A DNA stretch of 32,000 nucleotides from Promethearchaeum syntrophicum (lineage in GTDB: Archaea > Asgardarchaeota > Lokiarchaeia > Sigyniarchaeales > Promethearchaeaceae). The translations under genes were made by a program, and so were the position numbers. The DNA lies in contig NZ_CP042905.2 in the NCBI RefSeq assembly GCF_008000775.2, forward strand, positions 4,290,001-4,322,000, given 5' to 3'. Under the pieces are notes generated by a model. It made no database searches and was not told the DNA's origin. It worked only from the letters and a program-made list of their open reading frames with translations. Below are positions 15,941 through 24,848 of the stretch, piece by piece; within the stretch, counting starts at the first letter, position 1, and each line of letters begins with the position of its first letter.

Positions 15941-18439
15941 TTATAGAATATTTTTAAAATCTTCAATTATTTTCTTACTATTTTTTTTATTGCCCGAATT
16001 ATTTAATAAGTTTCTAATTTTTTCTTCAATTTCATTTGATATTTTTTTCCCACCCCGAACGGAAGGTTCAAAATTTTGAATGTAATCTACCATATCATCA
16101 GGGAGATCATAGATTTTACCCAAAATAATGTCACAAATATCGATAATATTTTTCATTTCCGAAGTGTTAAACCTGCGGTGTTCCTTATCAAAACATTGCA
16201 TGAGTGATTTCATTAAAAAGGAAGAAAATTCTTTAAGAAGGTCAAAAAATGTCTTTAATTTATCTACAAGATCTTGAGAAAGGGGAAAAGCTTTCATTAT
16301 ATCAGAATTCATGTGCCTTCCATCACTATAAATTCTAAACCATACGTAATACAGTGAACTGTTAATTAGAATTAAGATAAAATATTTCAACCCTTCTATA
16401 TTTCTTGATATTTCTACCAGTGCAATCTGCGTTCCATAATAAGGTGGTTTTTCCCAAGCATTATACCAATAATTTCCTGATATTCTAACGGATATTAAAT
16501 CTTCAACCTTTTTTCCTTCTTTCTCAAATTGCATCAATTTATTTCTATACTCATCAATATTTCTAATAATTAAGAATCTGTTTAAAATATCGCCTAAAAT
16601 TAGTAATTTTTCATTAGAATTTAGAGTATAATGTTCTGAGAGCAACTCCAAAAATTCTCTTGCCCTTTTTTCACCTATTTTGGGAAGTCTGTGCTTTTTA
16701 TCAAAAGAAACTCCTATATTTTTTCCTAATAGAAAATTATTAGCCAGTACATATTTAATATTTCGAAGATCTGGCATTTTTCTAAACATATTTGTTGTCA
16801 GAATGTCTGAAAATTGATTTTTATTTAATTTTATGGAATTCTTGTTTATACATTGAATAATTGAAACAGATTGTGTCATTTTGGTAAAAAATCGGCATTT
16901 ATCTCTGTCAAAAGATGCAATTTTACTTATTTCATAGGAATTTACGATTTTTTGGCGCGTTTTAGAAAGATCTTTACTAAAACATATAGCATAACTAGTT
17001 AAAAATGCAATTATACCTTTGTTTCGATTGAGATCAATGGCCCGTTCAATGAAAACTGACGAAATTTCATTCAAGAATGAATAAAATGGATCGATTTCTT
17101 TTTTCTCAGAATTTGAAAGTAAATTTCCATACGGAGGGTTTCCTAAAATAATATCAAATCCAAAATTATTCGAGTTAATTGGAAAAACATCTGGAAATTC
17201 AACATTCCAATGAAAGGGTTTAATTTTGGTATTCTTTTTTATTTCTTTGGTATCTTTTTCACTCCAATTAATAGAACCTAATAAAGAATTTCCTGTGAGA
17301 ATATTTAATCTCAATAACCTAGGATTCAAAAATCTTGAAGATGAAAAATCCCATGAATCAATATAATTTAGAAAAAGTCTAATTTTCGCAATAATTACAG
17401 CGCGTGGATTAATATCTACTCCATATATAGCTGACGAAAATAAAAATTTCTTTAGAATGGCAATGGAATCTTTAAATTTTTCAAAGGAGTTTAAATCTAT
17501 TATCTCATCAGAAACTGTTATTAACAATACTCCCTTAATTTGGTAATTTCTTGATGCCGTCCATATATATTTGTATAATTTAATTAATATTTTTGTTATA
17601 CTAGCTAGAAAATGCCCAGATCCAACAGCTGGGTCCAAAATTTTAAAATTATTAATCTTTACAAAAAAATCTTGAATTTTATTAAGTTTTAACTTAAATT
17701 CATATTGATCTAGTTCTGATTTAAAGAAATTCTCACAATTTATCCAAAAAGGAACTTTTAAATTATCTGAAAACAATTTGGCATTTAGACTAGATTCAGC
17801 AAGGAAATCACAGATATTATCCGGAGTATAATATGCCCCCGTTGATTTTTTAGTGTCATCTGATAAAATTTTCTCAAACAGAGCTCCAATGATAAAATCA
17901 TTAATTGGACCCCCCACAATTTCCTGCAAGATGAACATATTAAATAATGGAAGTGAGTTAATTATTGATTCAGGAATTTTTTTGGATATTTTGATTTTTT
18001 CAAGTTGTGTACTATCAATATCTTGAAAAAATGCTTCATTTGGTAAGGACTTGTGAATAAACCCATCCCAAAGAAAACCGTGATTATCTCTCAGGAAATA
18101 ATCTCCTATAATAACGAGTTCTTCTTGGTTACTATTCCTTGATATGACGGGTAATTTTTTAGAATTCGAAGGAAAAATACTATTAAAAAATTTAGTTAAG
18201 AATTCAGAATAAAATTGGTGATTTAGGGATGACTTTTTTCGATTAAAGTGATTTAAAAAATATTCAGAATCTTTATTAAAACACAGCTTTCGTTGCAAAT
18301 ACCAGAGAGCGGTCATTAAAAGCACAAATCTATTTATTTTTTCTGGATTTATATCTGACTTGCTGATTCTTTGCAAGTATTCGCAAGATTTTTTAAAAAT
18401 ATTAAAAAATGAATCAATTTTTTTATTCTGTAGGCTCAA
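15941..18439 (-). CDS. N6-adenine DNA methyltransferase, gamma class (Eco57I/TaqI-like) with a C-terminal target-recognition domain; no nuclease domain seen
   Basis: The motifs are GAYYTPDNICDFL, ILDPAVGSGHFL (motif I), IYGVDINPRAVIIAKIRL and DIILGNPPYG (motif IV). The C-terminal TRD-like segment LINSSLYYVWFR and the tail KIYDLPDDMVDYIQ are typical of this family. Confidence 0.9.
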   Translation of the reverse strand: MSLQNKKIDSFFNIFKKSCEYLQRISKSDINPEKINRFVLLMTALWYLQRKLCFNKDSEYFLNHFNRKKSSLNHQFYSEFLTKFFNSIFPSNSKKLPVISRNSNQEELVIIGDYFLRDNHGFLWDGFIHKSLPNEAFFQDIDSTQLEKIKISKKIPESIINSLPLFNMFILQEIVGGPINDFIIGALFEKILSDDTKKSTGAYYTPDNICDFLAESSLNAKLFSDNLKVPFWINCENFFKSELDQYEFKLKLNKIQDFFVKINNFKILDPAVGSGHFLASITKILIKLYKYIWTASRNYQIKGVLLITVSDEIIDLNSFEKFKDSIAILKKFLFSSAIYGVDINPRAVIIAKIRLFLNYIDSWDFSSSRFLNPRLLRLNILTGNSLLGSINWSEKDTKEIKKNTKIKPFHWNVEFPDVFPINSNNFGFDIILGNPPYGNLLSNSEKKEIDPFYSFLNEISSVFIERAIDLNRNKGIIAFLTSYAICFSKDLSKTRQKIVNSYEISKIASFDRDKCRFFTKMTQSVSIIQCINKNSIKLNKNQFSDILTTNMFRKMPDLRNIKYVLANNFLLGKNIGVSFDKKHRLPKIGEKRAREFLELLSEHYTLNSNEKLLILGDILNRFLIIRNIDEYRNKLMQFEKEGKKVEDLISVRISGNYWYNAWEKPPYYGTQIALVEISRNIEGLKYFILILINSSLYYVWFRIYSDGRHMNSDIMKAFPLSQDLVDKLKTFFDLLKEFSSFLMKSLMQCFDKEHRRFNTSEMKNIIDICDIILGKIYDLPDDMVDYIQNFEPSVRGGKKISNEIEEKIRNLLNNSGNKKNSKKIIEDFKNIL

Positions 18440-19283
18440 TTTCTTTCAATTCAACAGGAGGTTTGTCTCTAAGAATAGTTGGTCTTGATTTTAATCTTAT
18501 CTTTTCTGCGTCAACTTCTTCTTTTTCAACGATTTCAGAGTGTTTAAAGATAGTAAATACAGAAATAAATGAAGATAAGAATATTCCAATACTTCCTAAT
18601 AAGATCCAAATCCAGAATAAAATAATCTCATACCTTTGAATTAAATATAAACTTGATTCTATTGATCCTGGTTGAAATTCAAATATAAAATTTCTTTGAT
18701 TCATGTATAAAACTAATCCAAGAGTAATAATAGTGCTCGACAGAGAGCATACTACTAGATAAATCTTTTGTGACCATATAGTACAAGCTAATTGCACACA
18801 TGTAATCCCAAACCATATCCAAGTAATTATAATTAATCTATCAAAATAACTTGTAAATTGAGAAGCAGTTACACTATATAATATGATTTCAGGTTTTTCC
18901 CATCCAAAAATTGAAAATCCTAAAATTGGAATTAAAAAACTAAGAATTAAGATACCTATTCCAAAATAAATTGAAATTTGCATAGGAAAAGTCCTTTCAA
19001 TTTTGATTATTGTATCTTCCCCGATAATCATTTCATCAATTTCAGCTTGAACCTTAAGAGGAATTACACTATCTAAGAGAACAAATTCAAACATTTTAAA
19101 CTTATTAATAATTTTGGATGCAAGATCAATTCCGATTTTTTGTTCGCGCTCTTTAGATTTTACTCCTGAATAAAAGTATACTTTCTTTTCCTCGTTATCG
19201 ATTAACAACGCTATATCATGAGGGTAAAGAGTTTCAGATTCAACGAAATCGTTCTTAGAGAGATCTAAAATATATAAAAACAT
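18423..19283 (-). CDS. Membrane protein: soluble N-terminal domain of ~95 aa (possibly gelsolin-like) plus four TM helices
   Basis: 286 aa. The N-terminal segment is LYPHDIALLIDNEEKKVYFYSGVKSKEREQKIGIDLASKI. Four long hydrophobic segments follow, then a charged tail. The gene end overlaps the methyltransferase start by 17 nt. Confidence 0.6.
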   Translation of the reverse strand: MFLYILDLSKNDFVESETLYPHDIALLIDNEEKKVYFYSGVKSKEREQKIGIDLASKIINKFKMFEFVLLDSVIPLKVQAEIDEMIIGEDTIIKIERTFPMQISIYFGIGILILSFLIPILGFSIFGWEKPEIILYSVTASQFTSYFDRLIIITWIWFGITCVQLACTIWSQKIYLVVCSLSSTIITLGLVLYMNQRNFIFEFQPGSIESSLYLIQRYEIILFWIWILLGSIGIFLSSFISVFTIFKHSEIVEKEEVDAEKIRLKSRPTILRDKPPVELKEIEPTE

Positions 19284-19358
19284 GCTATAATTGGAATTTA
19301 GTTGTTTCTTTTGAAAAAACTTTCGCTAAATATTGATAACAAAGAAAAAAATCTAATT

Positions 19359-20258
19359 TTAGATATTTAATTTAATTTGTTTTGCTCGTGTTCGCAAAGT
19401 TACTTCGGTAACTCTGGCAATTTCACTAATTTCTGTTTGAGTTTTTCGTTCTGCTGTTGATTTAGCTGCGATATAAAGAGCCGCTGCAGCCAATCCTTTA
19501 GGATCTTTACCCATTTTTTTTAATCCATGTTTTAATGCAGTTTTCAACATATTTGCTGCTTTTTGTTGAACTAGAACGGATAAATTCAAATCGTTTCCAA
19601 ACCGGAACACAAGTGGTCCTGGTGAAATTGGTTTGTAGCGAAGATTAAGCACTGGTAAAACATTTCGGACTACTAAACCTAAGGAACGATGAACACTTCG
19701 TAATGGAAGCAATGCTATGTCTACTACCTCTTCTAATAAGCGCGGGAAATTATGAATTCTGATTCCGGCATAAAGAGATGCTGTCACAAATGAATCAATG
19801 CTTCTTCCCATGGTTAATTTTTGTTTAGCAACCTCTGAATAGATTTTCCAGGCGGTTTCAAGAATATGATCCGGAATATTTAATTTCTGGGCAAGTTGGT
19901 TGATCTTTGGGCGAGCTTCCCAAAAATTACGCTCGAGTGAATTAACTAAAGAACCTTGGATTTTGGAAAGACGGTTAAACATTGCTTGTTTTTTGCCTTG
20001 AAGGGATACACCCTTTGCATCAGGTGAATTTGTACCAATTATTGTTCTGGGACCAAAGTTTCTCCATCGTGGCTCAGTTCTTTTACGATTTTTAACTTCG
20101 TCGGCTGTATAAGCGCGTTTTTCTGTTGCTACGAACGATCTTCCTAAAACCATCCCACAATTATGGCACACTCTCATCCCATCATCGTTATGGATAGCAG
20201 GATCACTGCAACATGGTTCATCTTCATTCTCCTTTTCGTAAAAATTTGGTATTGCCAT
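19359..20258 (-). CDS. tfb: Transcription initiation factor B (TFB/TFIIB)
   Basis: 299 aa with an N-terminal ribbon (CCSDPAIHNDDGMRVCHNCGMVLG) and two cyclin-fold repeats. The TFB C-terminus is characteristic: KTQTEISEIARVTEVTLRTRAKQI. Confidence 0.95.
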   Translation of the reverse strand: MAIPNFYEKENEDEPCCSDPAIHNDDGMRVCHNCGMVLGRSFVATEKRAYTADEVKNRKRTEPRWRNFGPRTIIGTNSPDAKGVSLQGKKQAMFNRLSKIQGSLVNSLERNFWEARPKINQLAQKLNIPDHILETAWKIYSEVAKQKLTMGRSIDSFVTASLYAGIRIHNFPRLLEEVVDIALLPLRSVHRSLGLVVRNVLPVLNLRYKPISPGPLVFRFGNDLNLSVLVQQKAANMLKTALKHGLKKMGKDPKGLAAAALYIAAKSTAERKTQTEISEIARVTEVTLRTRAKQIKLNI

Positions 20259-20598
20259 TTTAATTTCATCTATTTTCGCACTCTATTTTTATTAAGACAG
20301 TAATGAGGAAATATGATCCCTCAAAATACCCATTTTATGTTTAGAGCGCGTGTTCTACATAAATAATTTACTGATACAATAAATATTAATTCTTCTATAA
20401 TATTTCCAAAGTTTTTTGGAAAAATTTTTAGGAGATCCCTAGTTTTTGGTAATGAAATCTTCATAAATATAGTTGAAAAAATTGGAAAGATTCCCAAAAA
20501 TGGAATATAATATCTAAAAAGGGAAAAAAAGGATTTAAACGATTTAGAAAAATTACAAAATAATACAAGGTTTTTTATCTTTTTCATAATTTTTTTTT

Positions 20599-21081
20599 TT
20601 ACAAAAGAACAATGCCTATTCCTATACTCCCCGCTATGATAAATTCATTTAAAATTGCCCATTTTTTTTCTTTTAAATTTGGAAGCCAAGAAAAAAGGAC
20701 ATCTCTCACTTTATCAATGCTAGGATGAATAAGCGGATCTCTATGAAAAAACGGTCTTAAAACATACCAATCAATAATATCGGGTAAAACTGAGAAAAGC
20801 ATTACCCACCAATATTTTTCAATGAACCAAATGAAGATAAAGACACTCAGGCCATAAGCATATAATAAATGGAATATCTTAAAGAATAAATCATCCCAAT
20901 GTGCTTTATATGGATGATATGTTGAAATTGCAATGCAATCTAACAAATAATGAGAAATTACTGCTAGAACAGCAATAACTATTATTTTCAACGGAATCGG
21001 AGAAGTTACTAGTAATAAATTAAGTATTTTCGCAGTAAGAATTCCAATAAGAAAGTGAGTAGACATTTGCATTTGATTCAT
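20599..21081 (-). CDS. Polytopic membrane protein, possibly a YdjM/DUF457-like metal-dependent hydrolase
   Basis: I trimmed the track ORF (20599-21141) to the internal Met (MNQMQMSTHFLIG...) because its first 20 codons are the antisense reading of nothing but the tRNA-Thr gene. His/Asp-containing segments (STHF, SHYLLD, LPDIIDW) sit between the TM helices. Confidence 0.45.
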   Translation of the reverse strand: MNQMQMSTHFLIGILTAKILNLLLVTSPIPLKIIVIAVLAVISHYLLDCIAISTYHPYKAHWDDLFFKIFHLLYAYGLSVFIFIWFIEKYWWVMLFSVLPDIIDWYVLRPFFHRDPLIHPSIDKVRDVLFSWLPNLKEKKWAILNEFIIAGSIGIGIVLL

Positions 21082-21095
21082 TCCTTGAATAAATA

Positions 21096-21168
21096 AGCCA
21101 ATGGTGGGAATTGAACCCACGGCATCTTGATTACGAATCAAGCGCTATAGCCTCTAAGCCACACTGGC
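21096..21168 (-). tRNA. tRNA-Thr (anticodon CGU)
   Basis: Hand-folded cloverleaf.
- Acceptor: GCCAGTG/CATTGGC, 7 bp with one G-U pair
- D arm: GCTT/TAGC
- Anticodon stem: CTTGA/TCAAG
- Anticodon loop: TT-CGT-AA
- T arm: GTGGG-TTCAATT-CCCAC
- Discriminator: U
CCA is not encoded. Confidence 0.9.
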
Positions 21169-21224
21169 CTTTTTGAATCTTTAATTAAACAAGATTTCTG
21201 TAAAACTTTCTAATTAACTAAGGG

Positions 21225-21248
21225 AAAAAAGTATTGGGATGACCCAAT
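21225..21248 (-). terminator. Hairpin plus oligo-T downstream of the aminopeptidase gene
   Basis: The minus strand reads ATTGGG-TCAT-CCCAAT, then AC, then TTTTTT, starting 5 nt after the stop codon. Archaeal termination uses T-runs. Confidence 0.35.
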
Positions 21249-21252
21249 ATAA

Positions 21253-22740
21253 TTAATCCGCTTCAAAAAATGTTTTATATGCTAAATAAGTGGAAAATAG
21301 ATCTGCTATGTGAATAATTTCATAAGGGCTATGCATATTTATTACCGGAGTCCCCGCATCGACAACATCACAATTAAAGGATTCTGCAAAATATTTTGCG
21401 ATAGTTCCTCCTCCGCCTTCATCAACCTTTCCCAACTCTACAATTTGATATGGAACTGTTTTTTCATCGTAAATTTTTCTGATATAAGCCATTATTTCTG
21501 CAGGAACATCACTTGAACCATATTTCCCTCCACCACCTGTATGTTTTTCTATTACTATCCCTTTTCCTAATACTGCAGCGTTAAGAGGGTCATGAACTGA
21601 TGGAAAAATCGGATTTATTGCAGATCCTACATCAGCAGATAGCATAAGTGTATTTGACAGAGTTAAATGGAGATTAGTTAAAGTTTCAGAAACTCCTGTT
21701 CTTACCATAATATCATTCATTACAAAACGAATCCATGCAGATTGTGCGCCGGTACTACCATTGCTACCTATTTCTTCTTTATCAAAAATTGACATAATAG
21801 CGGTATTTTTAGGTGCTCCTTTAAGATCAATTAAAGATTTTATTCCTGTCCATGAACAAACCCCATCATCATGACCTGCCGCACCTATCATGCTTCTATC
21901 CAATCCGACGTATCTTGGGGGAAGTCCAGAAACCAAATTTAATTCGGCAGATTGAAGATCAGCTTCGGTAATTCCATGTTTTTCATTCAATATCTTTAAA
22001 ATATTAATTTTGAATTTTTCTTTAACCTTTTTTGCATCCTTATTATTGTTTTCATCAATCGGAAGTGCTCCAGCAAGAACATTTAATTCTTCTCCTTTAA
22101 AAGTCTCAGGTGATTTTCTTTTATTTTGAACGTTTTTAGATAAATGGGGTAAAATATCTGGAATGGTAAAAACTGGATCATCGGGATTCTTCCCAATATC
22201 AATTGGAATCTTAGTGCCATCTTTTTTCACGATTAAACCAGTTAAATGTAATGGAATTGTAGCCCATTGATATTTCTTTATCCCACCGTAATAGTGAGTT
22301 TTAAAAAGTGCAACAGCAGCTTTTCCGTCCTCATATAATGGCCGCATTTTTAAATCCAATCGGGGAGTGTCAATATGAGATCCAATCATGTGGATTTTTT
22401 CTATTAATGATTTTTGACCAATCACTGCCATAGCAACGTTTTTTTCTCTATTGACATAATAAATTTTATCACCGGGGTTCAATTTGTTAATATTTTTACC
22501 AATCTCTAATCTTTTAAATCCATTTTCTTCAGCTTTCTTTATTGTCCAAGTTGTTCTTTCTCGTTCGGTCCGGGCATTTTTCAAAAAGTCGAAATATTCA
22601 TCGGCAAGTTTCAAAGTTTCCTGTTTTTGGTCATCAGTAAATATTTCCCATCCATGTTTAAATTTATTAACCAATTTATCCTCCAAAGATGGTTCTTTAG
22701 GTTTATCTTCCGACTTACTTTCTGTTGTAAAATTGTTCAT
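21253..22740 (-). CDS. M18-family aminopeptidase (aspartyl aminopeptidase-like zinc metalloprotease)
   Basis: 495 aa. Motifs typical of M18 are MIGSHIDTPRLDLK, AAGHDDGVCS, FDKEEIGS and INMHSPYEI. Confidence 0.85.
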   Translation of the reverse strand: MNNFTTESKSEDKPKEPSLEDKLVNKFKHGWEIFTDDQKQETLKLADEYFDFLKNARTERERTTWTIKKAEENGFKRLEIGKNINKLNPGDKIYYVNREKNVAMAVIGQKSLIEKIHMIGSHIDTPRLDLKMRPLYEDGKAAVALFKTHYYGGIKKYQWATIPLHLTGLIVKKDGTKIPIDIGKNPDDPVFTIPDILPHLSKNVQNKRKSPETFKGEELNVLAGALPIDENNNKDAKKVKEKFKINILKILNEKHGITEADLQSAELNLVSGLPPRYVGLDRSMIGAAGHDDGVCSWTGIKSLIDLKGAPKNTAIMSIFDKEEIGSNGSTGAQSAWIRFVMNDIMVRTGVSETLTNLHLTLSNTLMLSADVGSAINPIFPSVHDPLNAAVLGKGIVIEKHTGGGGKYGSSDVPAEIMAYIRKIYDEKTVPYQIVELGKVDEGGGGTIAKYFAESFNCDVVDAGTPVINMHSPYEIIHIADLFSTYLAYKTFFEAD

Positions 22741-22927
22741 TATATTTTTTTATAGTGAAACTTTTTTTATAGGCTTTCTTCAATTTAATGTTCATTTGTT
22801 AAATGGGGATTTATGAGGCGATTATTGATCAATTAGAATAAAGAATTATGGCTTAAATTACGTAATTGCATTTGTATTTTTCTAGTTTTAACATTACAAA
22901 GGAAGGAAATGGAGTGATATTAATAAA

Positions 22928-24394
22928 ATGATAACGCAACGAGTAGATGAGAATATCTACGAAGTTCCAGCAGATATGAAATTAATTAAAGTTGAAGATA
23001 AAATCCTAAATTTTAACATGAAAGTGCCAGCGCGAATCTATGCTAATGAATATTTGATGGAAAGAATTAGTAAAGATAAAAGTATTGATCAAATTACAAA
23101 TGTTGCATGTTTACCTGGAATTAGAAAACATGTAATTGCGATGAGCGATGCTCACCAAGGATATGGATTCTGTATAGGAGGAGTTGCTGCCACGGATATT
23201 GAAGGAGGAGCAATATCCCCTGGAGGAGTTGGTTATGATATTAATTGTGGCGTGAGGTTATTAAAAACAGGTTTAGAGTACAGTGAGGTTTCAGCCCAAT
23301 TACCAGAATTAACAGAAGGATTGTTTCACAATATACCAAGTGGTTTAGGTTCTAAGGGAAAACTTCATATAACACCTACTGATTTAAATCAGGTTTTGGA
23401 TGAAGGAATTAATTGGGCGATAGAAAAAGGATTCGGGTATGATAAAGATCGTGAATTTTGTGAAGATCATGGTTTTACTCAAGGAGCTGACAGTTCTTTA
23501 GTTTCAAAAAGAGCAAAGGATAGAGGGATAAGACAACTAGGATCTTTAGGTTCAGGAAATCATTTCATCGAAATTCAACGTGTTGAAGAAATATTCGATG
23601 ACCGGGCAGCAAAAATAATGGGAATCCAAAAAAATCAAGTTACCATGATGATTCATACTGGAAGTCGTGCAATGGGTCATCAAGTATGTACTGATTCTTT
23701 GCAGGAAATCGATCATTTAATGCATCGAAATGGGATTATTGCACCAGATCGAGAGTTGGGTTATGCCATAAGTGGAACTAAAGAAGCAGATCGATATTTA
23801 GCTCAAATGCGGGCAGCAGCTAACTTTGCTTGGACTAATCGGCATATCATCATGCACTGGGCCAGAGAAACTTTTCAATCGGTCTTAGGGCTTGAACCTT
23901 CACAAATGGAATTAATTTATGGATTAGCACATAATATTCTTAAACAAGAAGAACATGATCTTGGTAATGGAATGCGTGGAATGGTGAATGTTCATAGAAA
24001 AGGCGCAACCCGAGCATTCCCTCCTGGTCATCCCGATGTCCCTGATAAGTATAAAGAAATCGGTCAACCCGTGCTAATACCTGGAAGCATGGGGACGTCA
24101 TCATATTTATGTGTTGGCCAAGAGAAAGCAATGGATTTGAGTTTTGCTAGCACAGCGCATGGAGGAGGTAGAGAAATGAGTCGTTCAAAAGCAAAACGTC
24201 AATTTTGGGGTAAAACCATTAAACAAGAATTAGGAAAACAAGGGATTGTAGTTCGAGCAGCCTCCCTCAAAATTTTAGCAGAAGAAGCTCCTTTAGCCTA
24301 TAAAAATATAGATGAAGTAGTGGGAGTTTCACATAATTTAGGGATTATTAAGAAAGTTGCGAAGTTAATTCCGATAGGTGTAACAAAAGGATAA
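22928..24394 (+). CDS. rtcB: RNA 3'-phosphate / tRNA-splicing ligase RtcB
   Basis: The motifs MSDAHQGYGFCIGG, GGVGYDINCGVR, GSGNHFIEIQ, HTGSRAMGHQ and VHRKGATRAF (nucleophilic His) are present. The protein is 488 aa with no intein-sized insertion. Confidence 0.97.
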   Translation: MITQRVDENIYEVPADMKLIKVEDKILNFNMKVPARIYANEYLMERISKDKSIDQITNVACLPGIRKHVIAMSDAHQGYGFCIGGVAATDIEGGAISPGGVGYDINCGVRLLKTGLEYSEVSAQLPELTEGLFHNIPSGLGSKGKLHITPTDLNQVLDEGINWAIEKGFGYDKDREFCEDHGFTQGADSSLVSKRAKDRGIRQLGSLGSGNHFIEIQRVEEIFDDRAAKIMGIQKNQVTMMIHTGSRAMGHQVCTDSLQEIDHLMHRNGIIAPDRELGYAISGTKEADRYLAQMRAAANFAWTNRHIIMHWARETFQSVLGLEPSQMELIYGLAHNILKQEEHDLGNGMRGMVNVHRKGATRAFPPGHPDVPDKYKEIGQPVLIPGSMGTSSYLCVGQEKAMDLSFASTAHGGGREMSRSKAKRQFWGKTIKQELGKQGIVVRAASLKILAEEAPLAYKNIDEVVGVSHNLGIIKKVAKLIPIGVTKG

Positions 24395-24424
24395 AAAAAT
24401 CGATTATAATGAAGCGGAAAATCT

Positions 24425-24829
24425 ATGGACACAACAGAAATTTTTACAATTCGGAATTTTGAACCTGTGAAAATTCGGGGTGAATTATATGGAAACCTTA
24501 TAGAGTTTAACAAAATTAAAAGGCATGTTAAATTCACCTCGAAATTTCATCAACCAGATTTTATTCATAACGATCAAATTGAAAAAATGATTATCAAATT
24601 TGATAATAAGAGAAAATTATTATGGTTGGGAATCGCAACAATAATACTTTTCATTGGAATTTTTGTTCTTCTTGCCTGGATTCGGTTACCACCATGGAAA
24701 ATCTCAATTAAACTAAAAAAGGAGCAGAAACCCATTGTAATTCGAGCACAGATAGATGAAAGCAAGGCTTCAAATCTCGCCAGTTTTTGTGCCGATCAAT
24801 TTCAAACGATTCTAATTAATCAAAAATGA
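24425..24829 (+). CDS. Hypothetical single-pass membrane protein
   Basis: 134 aa with one TM helix (LLWLGIATIILFIGIFVLLAWI). No motif recognised. Confidence 0.45.
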   Translation: MDTTEIFTIRNFEPVKIRGELYGNLIEFNKIKRHVKFTSKFHQPDFIHNDQIEKMIIKFDNKRKLLWLGIATIILFIGIFVLLAWIRLPPWKISIKLKKEQKPIVIRAQIDESKASNLASFCADQFQTILINQK

Positions 24830-24848
24830 TAATCCACTCTGATTTTTT

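Noticed and set aside
15941-18439. The methyltransferase as a fused type IIG/IIL restriction-modification enzyme or BREX PglX
   Set aside because: By eye there is no PD-(D/E)xK or other nuclease signature in the ~200 aa N-terminal region, which reads as the usual helical N-domain. At 832 aa the protein is short for PglX or MmeI-like enzymes, and no BREX, DISARM or restriction partner genes are nearby. This needs HHpred to be certain.
20481-20500. Partial similarity (about 11 of 15 nt) between GATTCCCAAAAATGG and the 3' end of tRNA-Thr, as a possible att site of an element integrated at the tRNA
   Set aside because: The match is weak and interrupted, it is in the wrong relative orientation for a direct att repeat, and no integrase or other mobile-element genes lie between it and the tRNA.
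20599-21141. The track ORF of 180 aa starting at 21141 (MIRNQDAVGSIPTIG...)
   Set aside because: Its first ~20 codons are the in-frame reading of the tRNA-Thr gene body (21096-21168, same strand). The real CDS most likely starts at the internal Met at 21081 or shortly after.
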